Source: Squalus acanthias (taxonomy: Eukaryota). Taken from it: a stretch of DNA of 64,000 nucleotides. A model generated the notes under the pieces. The model did not search any database. It had not been told where the DNA came from and was given only the letters and a program-made list of their open reading frames with translations. Below, in pieces: positions 49,981 through 61,191 of the stretch. The stretch's first letter is position 1. Every line of letters begins with the position of its first letter. The stretch is taken from assembly GCA_030390025.1 (NCBI GenBank), contig JASTWF010000034.1:62001-126000 (forward strand), given 5' to 3'. Made by a program: the position numbers and the translations under genes.

Positions 49981-50343
49981 CATAGAAACAGAAACTTGGA
50001 GCAGGAGTCGGCCATTCGGCCCGTCGAGCCTGCTCCACCATTCAATACGATCATGGCTGATCATCCAAATCCAGTACCCTGTCCCTGCTTTCTCACACAG
50101 AATCCCCACAGTACAGATAGAGGCCATCTCGGCCCATCGAGCCTGCACCGACACATATCCCACCCTATCCCCACGTATTTAATTCCCCCTAACATATCCC
50201 ATCCTATCCCCGTAACCCCACATATTTAATTAATCCCCCCCTCACACTAAGTGTCAATTTATCATAGCCAAATCAACCTAACCCGCACATTTTTGGACTG
50301 TGGGAGGAAACCGGAGCACCCGGAGGAAACCCACGCAGACACT
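49981..50343 (-). mobile_element. 5'-truncated V-SINE (HE1-like)
   Basis: Matches 27240-27575. Confidence 0.85.
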
Positions 50344-50392
50344 GTCAATCAACCATCAGCCAGAAGAGGTCGCTGGTGAGACCAGTGAAGAA

Positions 50393-50967
50393 AGAAAGAC
50401 TTGCATTTATAGAGCGCCTTTCACCACCACCGGACGTCCCAAAGCGCTTTACAGCCAATGGAGTACTTTTTGATGTGTAGTCACTGTTGTAATGTAAGAA
50501 ACACGGCAGTCGATTAGCGCAGAGCAAGCTCCCACAAACAGCAATGTGATAATGACCAGATAATCTATCATTTTGTTATGTTAATTGAGAGATAAACATT
50601 GGCCAGGACACCGGGAATAACTCCCCTGCTCTTTCCCACATTACAACAGTGACTACACCTCAAAAGTACTTCATTGTCTGTAAAACACTTCAAGACATCT
50701 GGTGGTCATGAAAGCCCTGTATAAATACAAGTCTTTCTTTCTCGAAATAGTGTCATGGGATCTTTTATATCCACCTGAGAGAGCAGAGAGGGCCTCAGTT
50801 TAACGTCTCATCCAAAAAACGGCACCTCCGACAGTGCCGCACTCCCTCAGCACTGCACTGGAGTGTCAGCCTGGATTCCTGTGCTCAAGTCTCTGGAGTG
50901 GGATTTGAACTCACAACTTTCTGACCCAGCAGGCGAGAGTGCGACCAACTGAGCCACTGGCTGACAC
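50393..50967 (-). mobile_element. Deu-domain SINE (SacSINE1-like) with an internal inverted tail piece
   Basis: AACGTCTCATCCAAAAAACGGCACCTCCGACAGTGC core; tRNA-like head at ~50895-50965. Confidence 0.75.
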
Positions 50968-51109
50968 TAAAGAACAAGCAGTTCTGATGAAAGGTCATTG
51001 ACCTGAAATGTTAACTCTGTTTCTCTCTCCACAGATGCTGCCTGACCTGCTGAGTATTTCCAGCATTTTCTGTTTTTATTAAAGAAACGAGGGAGTGATT
51101 GCTGACAGG

Positions 51110-51425
51110 AAGAATGTTGGGTCGTCCTGCGCATGCGCACCTCCCTGGCGGCTGAGGCGAAACACCGACTCGCCCCCACCTGAGCCGCGCACGCGTACCA
51201 GATGTTGCGGCTCCGCATGCGCGCCCGATGTTCCAACCGCGGGGTTTTGTGCGCTGAGCATGTGCGTTGTGGACCGATCGGGACGGGCGATTGTGGAGCA
51301 GGAGGGAGAGCGCGGGGGCCATGAGCACATGGGCGGGACTCAGAGTCAACAGAGCGCTTTCTGGAGTGCCGGGGCTTGTGGGTATTGCAGCCGCCATTAC
51401 TGCTGATCCTTTCAACCAACCTGTG
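51110..51425 (+). promoter_or_regulatory. Class B CpG promoter / first exon
   Basis: Several GCGCATGCGC-like motifs; GCCGCCATT; homology to 10575-10641 and 44890-44940. Confidence 0.6.
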
Positions 51426-51636
51426 CAGCAGCTGGAGCCTGAAAATCAGCTTCACTGCCCCTAGGCTGGGAAAGGGGAAAATTAAACAACATTTTGTCTC
51501 TGATCCTTTTCTAAACTCATTTTACAGGGTTATAGAAGTGGAGCAGTTACAGGCGGGAAGCTCAGACCAAACATCACGTCAAGATCTGACAGAGTCGCTC
51601 GATTCATCCGGACCTCAATATCATCGGTCTTTGCAC

Positions 51637-53778
51637 ATGGAAGGAGAAAGCAGCGATCGCAGCGATGACAAACCGCACACGTGTTCGGTGTGTGGACGCG
51701 GATTCAGCCGATCGCCTGACCTGGTGAGACACGTGCACCGTCACACCGGGGAGAAACCGGGTAAAGGTGGGGACGGTGGGAAGGGATTCAGTTCCCCGTC
51801 TGCAATAGAAGTTCAACGGCGCAGTCGCACCAGGGACAGTCCGTTCACCTGCTCCGTGTGTGGAAAGGGATTTGTTTGTTCATCCCACCTGGAAACACAC
51901 CAGCTTGTTCACACTGACGAGAGGCCATTTACATGCTCTGACTGTGGGAAGAGCTTTAAAAGCCCCCAGGATCTGAAGCGACACCAGCGAGTTCACACTG
52001 ATGAGCGACCGTTTATATGTTCTGACTGTGGGAAGAGCTTTAAAAGCCCCCAGGAGCTGAAGGGACACCAGCTTGTTCACACTGATGAGCGACCATTTCA
52101 GTGTTCTGACTGTGGGAAGAGCTTTAAAAGCCCCCAGGAGCTGAAGGGACACCAGCGAGTTCACACTGACGAGAGACCATTTCAGTGTTCTGACTGTTGG
52201 AAGAGCTTTAAAAGCCCCCAGGAGCTGAAGCGACACTAGTTTGTTCACACCGATGAGAGACCATTTCAGTGTTCTGACTGTGGGAAGAGCTTTAAAAGCT
52301 CCGGGGATCTGAAGGGACACCAGCGAGTTCACACTAATGAGAGGCCGTTTACATGTTCTGACTGTGGGAAGAGCTTTAAAAGTTCCGGGGATCTGAAGGG
52401 ACACCAGCTTGTTCACACTAATGAGAGGCCATTTACGTGTCCTGACTGTGGGAAGAGCTTTAAATGCTCCGGGGATCTGAAGGAACACCAGCTTGTTCAC
52501 ACTAATGAGAGGCCGTTTACATGTCCTGACTGTGGGAAGAGCTTTAAGAGTTCTGGGGATCTGAAGGGACACCAGCGAGTTCACACTGCAGAGAGGCCAT
52601 TTACATGTTCTGACTGTGGGAAGAGCTTTAAACGCCCCAGGGATCTGAAGGGACACCAGCTTGTTCACACTGCAGAGAGGCCATTCACCTGCTCCGTGTG
52701 TGGGAAGGGATTCTTGCAGTCCTGCATACTGCTGACACACCAGCTTGTTCACACTGACGAGAGACCATTTAACTGTTCTGACTGTGGGAAGAGCTTTAAA
52801 AGCCCCGGGGAGCTGAAGGTACACCAGCGAGTTCACACTGACGAGAGACCCTTTAAATGTTCTGAGTGTGGGAAGAGCTTTAAAAGCCCCTGGGATCTCA
52901 AGCAACACCAGCGAGTTCACACTGGAGAGAGGCCGTTCACCTGCTCCGTGTGTGGGAAGGGATTCGCTCGGTCAACCAACCTGCAGAGACACCAGCGCCT
53001 CCACACTGGGGAGAGGATATTCATCTGCTCTGAATGTGGGAAGGGATTCACTGAATCATCCACCCTGCAGACACACCAGCTTGTTCACACTGACGAGAGA
53101 CCCTTTAAATGTTCTGACTGTGGGAAGAGCTTTAAAAGCTCCCGGGATCTGAAGGGACACCAACACCTACACACTGGGGAGTGGCCGTTCACCTGCTCCG
53201 TGTGTGGGAAGGGATTCGCTCGGTCCTCCAACCTGCTGACACACCAGCTTGTTCACACTGGGGAGGCGCCGTTCACCTGCTCCGTGTGTGGGAAGGGATT
53301 CACTCAGTCATCCCACCTGCTGAGACACGAGCGAGCTCACATTGGGGAGAGACCCTTTAAATGTTCTGACTGTGGGAAGAGCTTTAAAAGCCCCGGGGAT
53401 CTGAAGGGACACCAGCGAGCTCACACTGACGAGAGACCCTTTAAATGTTCTGAGTGTGGGAAGAGTTTTAAAAGTCCCTGGGATCTCAAGCAACACCAGC
53501 GAGTTCACACTGGAGAGAGACCGTTCACCTGCTTCGTGTGTGGGAAGGGATTCGCTCGGTCAACCAACCTGCAGAAACACCAGCTCCTCCACACTGGGGA
53601 GAGGCCGTTCACCTGCTCCGTGTGTGGGAAGGGATTCACTGAGTCATCCACCCTCCTGTCACACCAGCTTGTTCACACTGACGAGAGACCCTTTAAATGT
53701 TCTGACTGTGGGAAGAGCTTTAAAAGTTCTAAGAACCTTAAGGGACACCAGCGTCTTCACACTGATCATAGAATCTAA
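51637..53778 (+). CDS. C2H2 zinc-finger gene of ~25 finger units with one in-frame TAG (52237-52239); truncated gene or recent pseudogene (class B)
   Basis: Acceptor ends 51527; CACATGG start, [16 protein letters not shown]; the same frame continues past the TAG into ORF 52696-53778; final stop lies in an antisense CR1 tail. Confidence 0.75.
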
Positions 53779-56010
53779 CAGCACAGAAGGAGGTGATTCG
53801 GCCCATCGTGTCTGTGCCGGCTCTTTGAAAGAGCTGTCCAATTTAGTCCCAAACCCCAGCTTTATCCCCAGAACTCTGCAAACTAGTCCTCTTCAAGTAC
53901 ACGTCCAATCACCGTTTGAAAGTTCCTGTGGAACCTGATTCCAGCATCCTTTCAGATGGTGCGTTCCAGATCTTAACAACCCTCTGTGTGAAAACAATTC
54001 TCCTCATTCACCTCTAGTTCTTTTAGCAACTATTTTAAATCTGTGACCTTTGGTTACCGACCCACTTGCCAGAGGAAACAGTTTCTCCCTACTTGCTCAA
54101 TCAAAACCCCCTCATCATTTTGAACCCCTCTATTAGGTCTCCTCTTAACCTTCTCTGCTCTAAGGGGAACAATCCCAGCTTCTCCAATCTCTCCACATCA
54201 CTGAAGTCCCTCATCCCTGGTACCATCCTGGTCAACCTCCTCTGTACCCTCTTCAACGCCTTGACATCCTTCCTAAAGTGTGGTGCCCAGAACTGTACAC
54301 AAGACTCCAGCTGAGGCCAAAACGCTGCAGCTGTACAAAACTCTGGTTAGACCACACCTGGAGTACTGAGAGCAGTTCTGGGCATCACACCTTAGGAAGG
54401 ATATATTGGCCTTGGAGGGAGTGCAGCGCAGGTTTACCAGAATGATACCCAGACTCCAAGGGTTAAGTTACGGGGGGAGATTACACAAATTAGGGTTGTG
54501 TTCCCTGGAATTTAGAAGGTTAAGGTGTGATCTGATTGAAGTTTTCAGGATATTAAGGGGAACAGATAGGGTAGATAGAGTGAAACTATTTCCGCTGGTT
54601 GGGGATTCTAGGACTCAGGGGCATAGTCTAAAAATTAGAGCCAGACCTTTCAGGAGTGAAATTAGGAAACACTTCTACACACAAAGGGTGGTAGAAGTTT
54701 GGAACTCTCTTCCGCAAACGGCAATTGATGCTCGATCAATTGTTAATTTTAAATCTGAGATTGATAGGTTTTTGTTGCCCAAAGGTATTAAGAGATATGG
54801 GCCAAAGGCGGGTGTATGGAGTTAGGTCACAGATCAGCCATGATCTCATTGAATGGTGGAACAGGCTCGAGGGGCTGAATGGCCTCCTCCTGTCCTATGT
54901 TCCTAACTAGTGATTTGTAAAGGTTTAGTGTAACTTCCTTGTTTTTGTATTCAATGGCCCTATTTACAAAGCCAAGTATCCCATACGCTTTCTGAACCGC
55001 CTCACCAACTTGCCGTGGCACTTTCAAAGATTTGTGAATATGGACCCCCAGGTCCCTCTGCTCTTGCACCCCCTCAAAATAGTCCCATTTAGATTATACG
55101 GCCTCTCCCTGTTGTTTCTCCCAAAGTGCATCACTTCACACTTATCCTCATTTAATTTCATCTGCCTTGTGTCTGCTCATTTCACAGTCTGTCTCTGTCC
55201 TCCTGAAGTCTGCTACTACTATGCTCACTATTTACTACGTTGCCAAGTTTTGTATCTTCCGTAAACTTCAAACTTGTCCACCTATACCCAAGTCCAGGTC
55301 AGTTATATATAACAAGAAAAGCAATGGTCCTAATCCCGACCCCTGGGGGAACCCACTGCATACTTCCCTCCAGTCAGAAAAACATCCCTCAGCACTGCTC
55401 ACTGTCTCCTCTCCCTTAGCCAATTATATACCCAAATTACCATCAGCCCTTTCATTCCCTGTGCTTCTATTCCCCGAGTAAGTCTCTTATGTGGTACTTT
55501 ATCAAATGCCTTTTGACAGTCCATATAAACAACATCTGCTGCACTACCTTCATCAACCCTCTGTTACTTCATCAAAGAACTCAATCAGGTTAGTCAGACA
55601 CGATTTAACTTTAACAAATCCATACTGGCTGCCCCTTATTAACCCATGCTTCTCCAAGTGAGAATTAATTTTGTCCTTGACAATGGTCTCTAGTCGTTCA
55701 CCCACCACTGACATTAGACTGATTGGCCTGTAGTTACCAGGTTTATCCCTCTCCCCTTTTTTAAACAGGGTGTAACATTTGCAATCCTCCAGTCTTCTGG
55801 CACCACTCCCACATATCTGAGGGAGATTGAAAGATTGTGGTCGGAGCTTCTGCTATCTCCACCCTAGCTTCCCTCAGCAACCTAGGATGATCCCATCTGG
55901 ACCGGGTGACTTGTTAACTTTGAGTGGTGACAACCTATTTAGCACCTCCTTTCTATCCATTTTTATCCTATCAAATTTCTCTACTCCCCCATCTCTACTG
56001 CAACATTAAC
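53766..56010 (-). mobile_element. Antisense degraded CR1 (53766-54320 and 54906-56010) with a nested sense CR1 3' end (54325-54905)
   Basis: QRDLGVHIH...AYGILGF on minus; ALEGVQRRFT...FYTQRVV on plus. Confidence 0.85.
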
Positions 56011-56019
56011 TTCATCCTA

Positions 56020-56690
56020 AATAACAACAGAAAACGCTGGAGATACTCAGCAGGCCAGGCAGCATCCGTGGAGAGAGAAACAGAGTTAACGTTTCAGGTC
56101 GAAGACCTTTCGTCAGAACTGGAAAAAGGCAGGAAATGAAATAGATTTAAAGCAAGTTAGGGCTGGGAAAAGGGGGAGGGGATGAAAGAACAAAAGGGAA
56201 GGTCAGTGGTAGGGTAGAATGCAGGAGAGATTAAGAGACATTAAGAGATATTCAAGGCAAGAGGAGGTGGTAATGTGACAGGTTGAGGCCAGATGAAGTG
56301 TGAAATGCGCTGGCAGAATGAAGGACAGCTGCCAGCTTCAGGGAGGGAAGAAAAAAAGGCCAAACAAAAGGGTGGATGAAAAAATATATATATATGTGAT
56401 AGGGGCCAGGGTTATGATCTGAAATTGTTGCCTAAAGAGTGCCTAAACAAAAGATGAGGTGCTGTTCCTCGAGCTTACGCTGAGCTTGCATGGAACAATG
56501 CAAGAGGCCGAGGACGGTGGGAATGGAGCAGATAATTAAAGTGACAGGCCGAGGGCTCGAGGAACAGCACCTCATCTTTCGTTTAGGCACTCTACAGCCC
56601 TCTGGACTCAACATAGAGTTCAACAACTTCAGATCATAACCCCGGCCCCTATCACATACATATATATATATTTTATTTTTTCATCCCACT
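56020..56690 (-). mobile_element. Penelope family 1 tail with a short fold-back inversion
   Basis: 56020-56530 is the inverse of 35700-36215; 56555-56690 mirrors 56370-56475. Confidence 0.75.
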
Positions 56691-57080
56691 CCAGGGACTT
56701 GAACACATAAAGCTAGGCTGACACTCCAGTGCAGTGCTGAGGGAATGCTGCACTGTCGGAGGTGCCGTCTTTCTGATGAGATTTTAAACTGAGGCCCCGT
56801 CTGCTCTCAGGTGGATGTAAAAGATCCCATGGCACTATTTTGAAGAAGAGTAGGGGAGTTATCCCTGGTGTCCTGGTCAATATTTATCCCTCAACCAACA
56901 TAACAAAAACAGATCATCTGGTTATTATCACATTGCTGTTTGTGGGAGCTTGCTGACCACAAATTGGCTGCCGTGTTTCCCACATTACAACAGTGACTCC
57001 ACTCCAAAAGTACTTCATTGGCTGTAAAGAGCTTTGAGATGTCCGGTAGTTGTGAAAGGCGCTATATAAATGCAAGTCTT
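56690..57080 (+). mobile_element. Deu-domain SINE (SacSINE1-like), 5'-truncated
   Basis: GCACTGTCGGAGGTGCCGTCTTTCTGATGAG core; tail GGCGCTATATAAATGCAAGTC. Confidence 0.78.
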
Positions 57081-57427
57081 TGTTTCATATATCCTTTTTC
57101 AATTTCCCCCCACTCTCTGTATTCTCCTGGTTTTTGACTGTATTCTGTACCTGACATTTGTCATAAACCTCCTTTTTCTGTTTTATTCTAACCTCTATAT
57201 CCTTTGTCATCCAGGGAGCTCGAGCTTTGGACGCCCCATCTTTCCTCCTTATGGGAATATGCTTGGTTTGTACCCGGTGTCAAATTTTGTTTTATAACGC
57301 TCCCGTGAAGCGCGTTGGGACATTTTACTACATTAAAGACGTTATATAAATACAAATCGTTGTTATTGTCTGAAACTAACAAATTCCACAGAGGAAAAAT
57401 AACAGTATTTTCACTCCCAAATATTTT

Positions 57428-57840
57428 GTTCCACAGAAGCACGAGGTTTATCTGCTTTTATTCATGAATTTAAAAGTCTGTATTAAAATCTGAGCCAGTG
57501 TGTTGTGAGACAAAGAGCCTTGTGTCCAATAAGGGGAATAAAGGCCCACAGCCTCCCCTGGCCCCGGGCCCTGAACAAGGGACTGGAGAAACTCGCTGCC
57601 CCGCGGATCAGACAATCAGCCGGCGCTAGTCCCGCCCCTCGGGCTCCCCGATTGGTTGGAGGACCCGCCGCCGGCTCGCTCCTCCAGCCCCGCCCCGCTC
57701 GCTCCCTATTGGTCGGAAGCTCCCGTCAATCAGGCCGTGTGCCCTGGTCACGTGTCCCTCACCGACTTTACAAAGAAAGTGCCACCCGCAGCAGGGCGCA
57801 TGCGCGGCCATCTTTGTGCAGGAACTGAGTGGGCGGAAGA
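57428..57840 (+). promoter_or_regulatory. CpG promoter of ZNF copy 6
   Basis: Duplicate of 49267-49595; GCGCATGCGCGGCCATCTT (NRF1 plus YY1) ~57796. Confidence 0.62.
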
Positions 57841-58489
57841 GAAAATCATTGACTCATTGATTTTATTCTCACTCTACACAACTGGTGTAGAACTGAACCC
57901 AACCAGAGTAGAGGGAGGGAGAAAACTGGGAGTAGAGGAAAGAAATGTTGGAGATGGTACGATGGGTTTGGATTTCAGCACAGGGAGGAGGGAGAGTGTG
58001 TGGGACGGGGATTTACAGCTTTGGGGGAACAAGAGAGGAAAGAATATTCCATAGAAACTAGAATTGTCTGTTCTGAATTTTTATCCTGTGCTTACAGTGA
58101 TGACTTTTGCAAACTCCTTTTACAGGGTATTAGAAGAGGAAGATTTACAGACGGGAAACTCAAACCAAACATCACAACAAGATCTGACAGAGTCACTCCA
58201 TTCATCAGGACCTGAATATCATCGGCCTTTGAATGTGGAAGGAGAAATTTTTCTCTGTTCTGTCTGTGGGAAAAGATTTCAAACATCAGTGTGACTGGAA
58301 AAGCACCGAGACACACACACCCGAGTGAGAGTGTTCCAGTGCACTGACTGTGGAAAGAGCTTTAACCAGTTACACAGCCTGAAAAAACATCGCACCATTC
58401 ACAGTGGGGAGAAACCGTACACGTGTTCTGTGTGTGGACGAGGCTTCAACTGATCGTCCAACCTGGAGAGACACAAGGACACCCGCACC

Positions 58490-59548
58490 ACGGAGAAACC
58501 GTGGAAATGTGGGGACTGTGGGAAGGGATTCAGTTGCCCATCACACCTGGAAACTCCTCGACGCAGTCACACCGGGGAGAGGCCATTCACCTGCTCCGTG
58601 TGTGGAAAGGGATTCTCTCACTCATCCTACCTGATCAGACACCAGCGAGTTCACACTGGGGAGAGGCCGTTCTCCTGTTCCGTGTGTGGGAAGGGATTCA
58701 CTCATTCAACCACACTGCTGCAACACCAGCGAGTTCACACTGGGGAGAGACCGTTCACCTGCTCCGTGTGTGGGAAGAGATTCAACCATTCAACCACACT
58801 GCTGCAACACCAGCGAGTTCACACTGGGGAGAGACCGTTCACCTGCTCCGTGTGTGGGAAGAGATTCACTCAGTCATCCAACCTGCTGAAACACCAACTT
58901 GTTCACTCTGATAAGAGACCTTTTAAATGTTCTAAGTGTGAGCTGAGCTTTAAAAGTGCAAGTGGTCTGCTGAGACACCAACGCACTCACACCGGGGAGA
59001 GGCCATTCACCTGCTCCATGTGTGGGACGGGATTCACTAATTCATCCAACCTGCTGACACACCAGCGAGTTCACACTGACGAGAGACCTTTTAAATGCTC
59101 GGACTGCGGGAAGTGCTATAAAAGTTCTGGGGAACTGACGTGCCATCAACGTGTTCACACTGACCAGAGACCGTTCAGGTGCTCTCACTGTGGGACTGGG
59201 TTCAGGCAATCATCTGAACTCACTGTCCACCAGCGCACTCACACTGGGGAGAGGCCGTACACCTGCTCCGTGTGTGGGAAGGGATTCACTCGCTCATCCC
59301 ACCTCACTGGTCATCAACTTGTTCACACTGATGAGAGACCTTTTAAATGTTCTGACTGTGAGAAGAGCTTTAAAAACAAAAGGAAACTGATACAACACCA
59401 ACGCACTCACACTGGGGATTGGCCATTCATCTGCTCCATGTGTGGGAAGGGATTCACTCATTCATCCGCCCTGCTGACACACCAGCGAGTTCACAAGTCA
59501 CTGCAGCGGTTAGATTCTGCTGTTATTGCTGCTGTTAATCACATCTAG
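58490..59548 (+). CDS. C2H2 zinc-finger protein, ~12 finger units (class A, copy 6); start uncertain (ACG 58490, first in-frame ATG 59018)
   Basis: Acceptor ends 58125; in-frame TGA 58292 and 58451; open frame TEKPWKCGD...[18 protein letters not shown]. Confidence 0.72.
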   Translation, partial: TEKPWKCGDCGKGFSCPSHLETPRRSHTGERPFTCSVCGKGFSHSSYLIRHQRVHTGERPFSCSVCGKGFTHSTTLLQHQRVHTGERPFTCSVCGKRFNHSTTLLQHQRVHTGERPFTCSVCGKRFTQSSNLLKHQLVHSDKRPFKCSKCELSFKSASGLLRHQRTHTGERPFTCSMCGTGFTNSSNLLTHQRVHTDERPFKCSDCGKCYKSSGELTCHQRVHTDQRPFRCSHCGTGFRQSSELTVHQRTHTGERPYTCSVCGKGFTRSSHLTGHQLVHTDERPFKCSDCEKSFKNKRKLIQHQRTHTGDWPFICSMCGKGFTHSSALLTHQRVHKSLQRLDSAVIAAVNHI

Positions 59549-60734
59549 GACTGAACCAGTGTGGCCTCCTTATTATTCCTACCAAAATGCACCACATATC
59601 TTAAAATTAATTTTCTAATTACCCTCCCATTCTGGAAGCTTATTAATGTCTTCTTGCATTTTTTTTTAATATTCGCTCATCGGATGTGGGCGTTGCTGGC
59701 AAGGCCAGCATTTATTGCCCATCCCTAATTGCCCTTGAGAAGGTGGTGGTGAGCTGCCTTCTTGAACCGCTGCAGTCCGTGTGGTGAAGGTGCTCCCACA
59801 CTGCTGTTAGGGAGGGAGTTTGACCATGATTTTGTCACAGTCTTCCTCAGTATTAACTCTACCTCCCAATTTGGTGTCATCGACAAATTTTGAAATTGGA
59901 CTTCCAATTCCTGACTCCAAATCGTTTATGTAAATGGTGAACAACAGTGGTCTTCTACCCCAGTTAGACTCTTATTTTTAAAATAGTATGTGGCCTTCTT
60001 ATTCTTCCTACCAAAACACACCACCTCACACTGATCTATATTGAAATTCATTTGCCAATTACACTCCCATTTTGCAAGTTTGTAAATGTGTTTTTTTTGT
60101 TAAAGTTTGCATTTTGTTGCAGTCTTCCTCAGTATTAACTCTACCTCCCAATTTGTTGTCATCGACAAAGTTTGAAATTGTACTTCTGATTCACGAGTCC
60201 AAATCGTTTCTGTAAATGGTGAACAACAGTGGTCCCAGCACCGATCCCCGTGGAACACCACTTCCCACCTATTGCCAGTCTGAGTAGCTACTCTTAACCC
60301 CTACGCTCTGTTTCCTGTTTTGTCACCAGCTTGTTATCCATAACAGTTTGTACGGTCTACAAGATGACCCAGGTCAGGCCGTGTGGAGTGAAGGGCCAGG
60401 CAGCAGAATGGATGGAAAGATGGCTACAAAACAGAAATCAGAGGGTTGGAGTTAAGGGAAGTTTATAGCAATCTTTGTGTGTGTGTCACAAATAAATGTT
60501 GTTTTATTTTGAAGAGAAATACAAAAGCTCTACTAGTCATGTAAAACTACCAGTTATTTTAATCAGGGCTGCAGCTGCTGAAAGGTTGACTGTACTGAGG
60601 TTTGTGGCCAGAGCTGGCAGACGTGTTGTTCTGAAGTCTGATGTCTCACACCTGAAGAGTCTGTTTATGTCGTGTTGTAATGACCTTTTTCTGTTGCCTG
60701 GTGTCAGAAATAGAAATCAAAGGGAGATGTAACG

Positions 60735-61191
60735 GCACAAGGGAGTATGGCAAGGCTGGATGGCATTTATTTTAATGCAAGGAGTCTTGCGAGTAAGGCA
60801 GATGAATTGAAGGTGTTGATGAACACATGGGAGTATGATATTGTTGCTATCACAGAGACATGGTTGAGGGAGGGGCAGGACTGGCAGCTCAATATTCCAG
60901 GGAAGAGAATCTTCAGGCGAGACAGAGAGGGGGTGTAAAAGAGGGGGTGTTGCAATATTAATCAAGGAGTCAATTACTACTGTAAGTAGGGATGATATCT
61001 TAGCAGGTTCCTCTAATGAGGCCATATGGGTAGAACTTAAAAACAAAAAGGGGGCAAGCACTTTGCTGGGAGTGTACTGTAGGCCCCCAAACAGTCAGGG
61101 GGAGATAGAGGAACAGATATGTAGGCAAATCTCAGAGGTGTGGAAATAATAGGGTAATAATAGTAGGGGATTTCAACTTCCTCAATATTAA
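60735..61191 (+). mobile_element. Degraded CR1 ORF2 5' (APE) fragment
   Basis: YFNARSL, IVAITETWL and GDFNF motifs. Confidence 0.82.

Noticed and set aside
51880..52920. 346-aa antisense ORF and similar shadow ORFs over finger exons
   Set aside because: Expected artefact of 84-bp C2H2 periodicity and codon usage.
56770..56800. CTGATGAG in the Deu-SINE core as a hammerhead
   Set aside because: No stem II followed by GAAA; other copies read GGATGAG.
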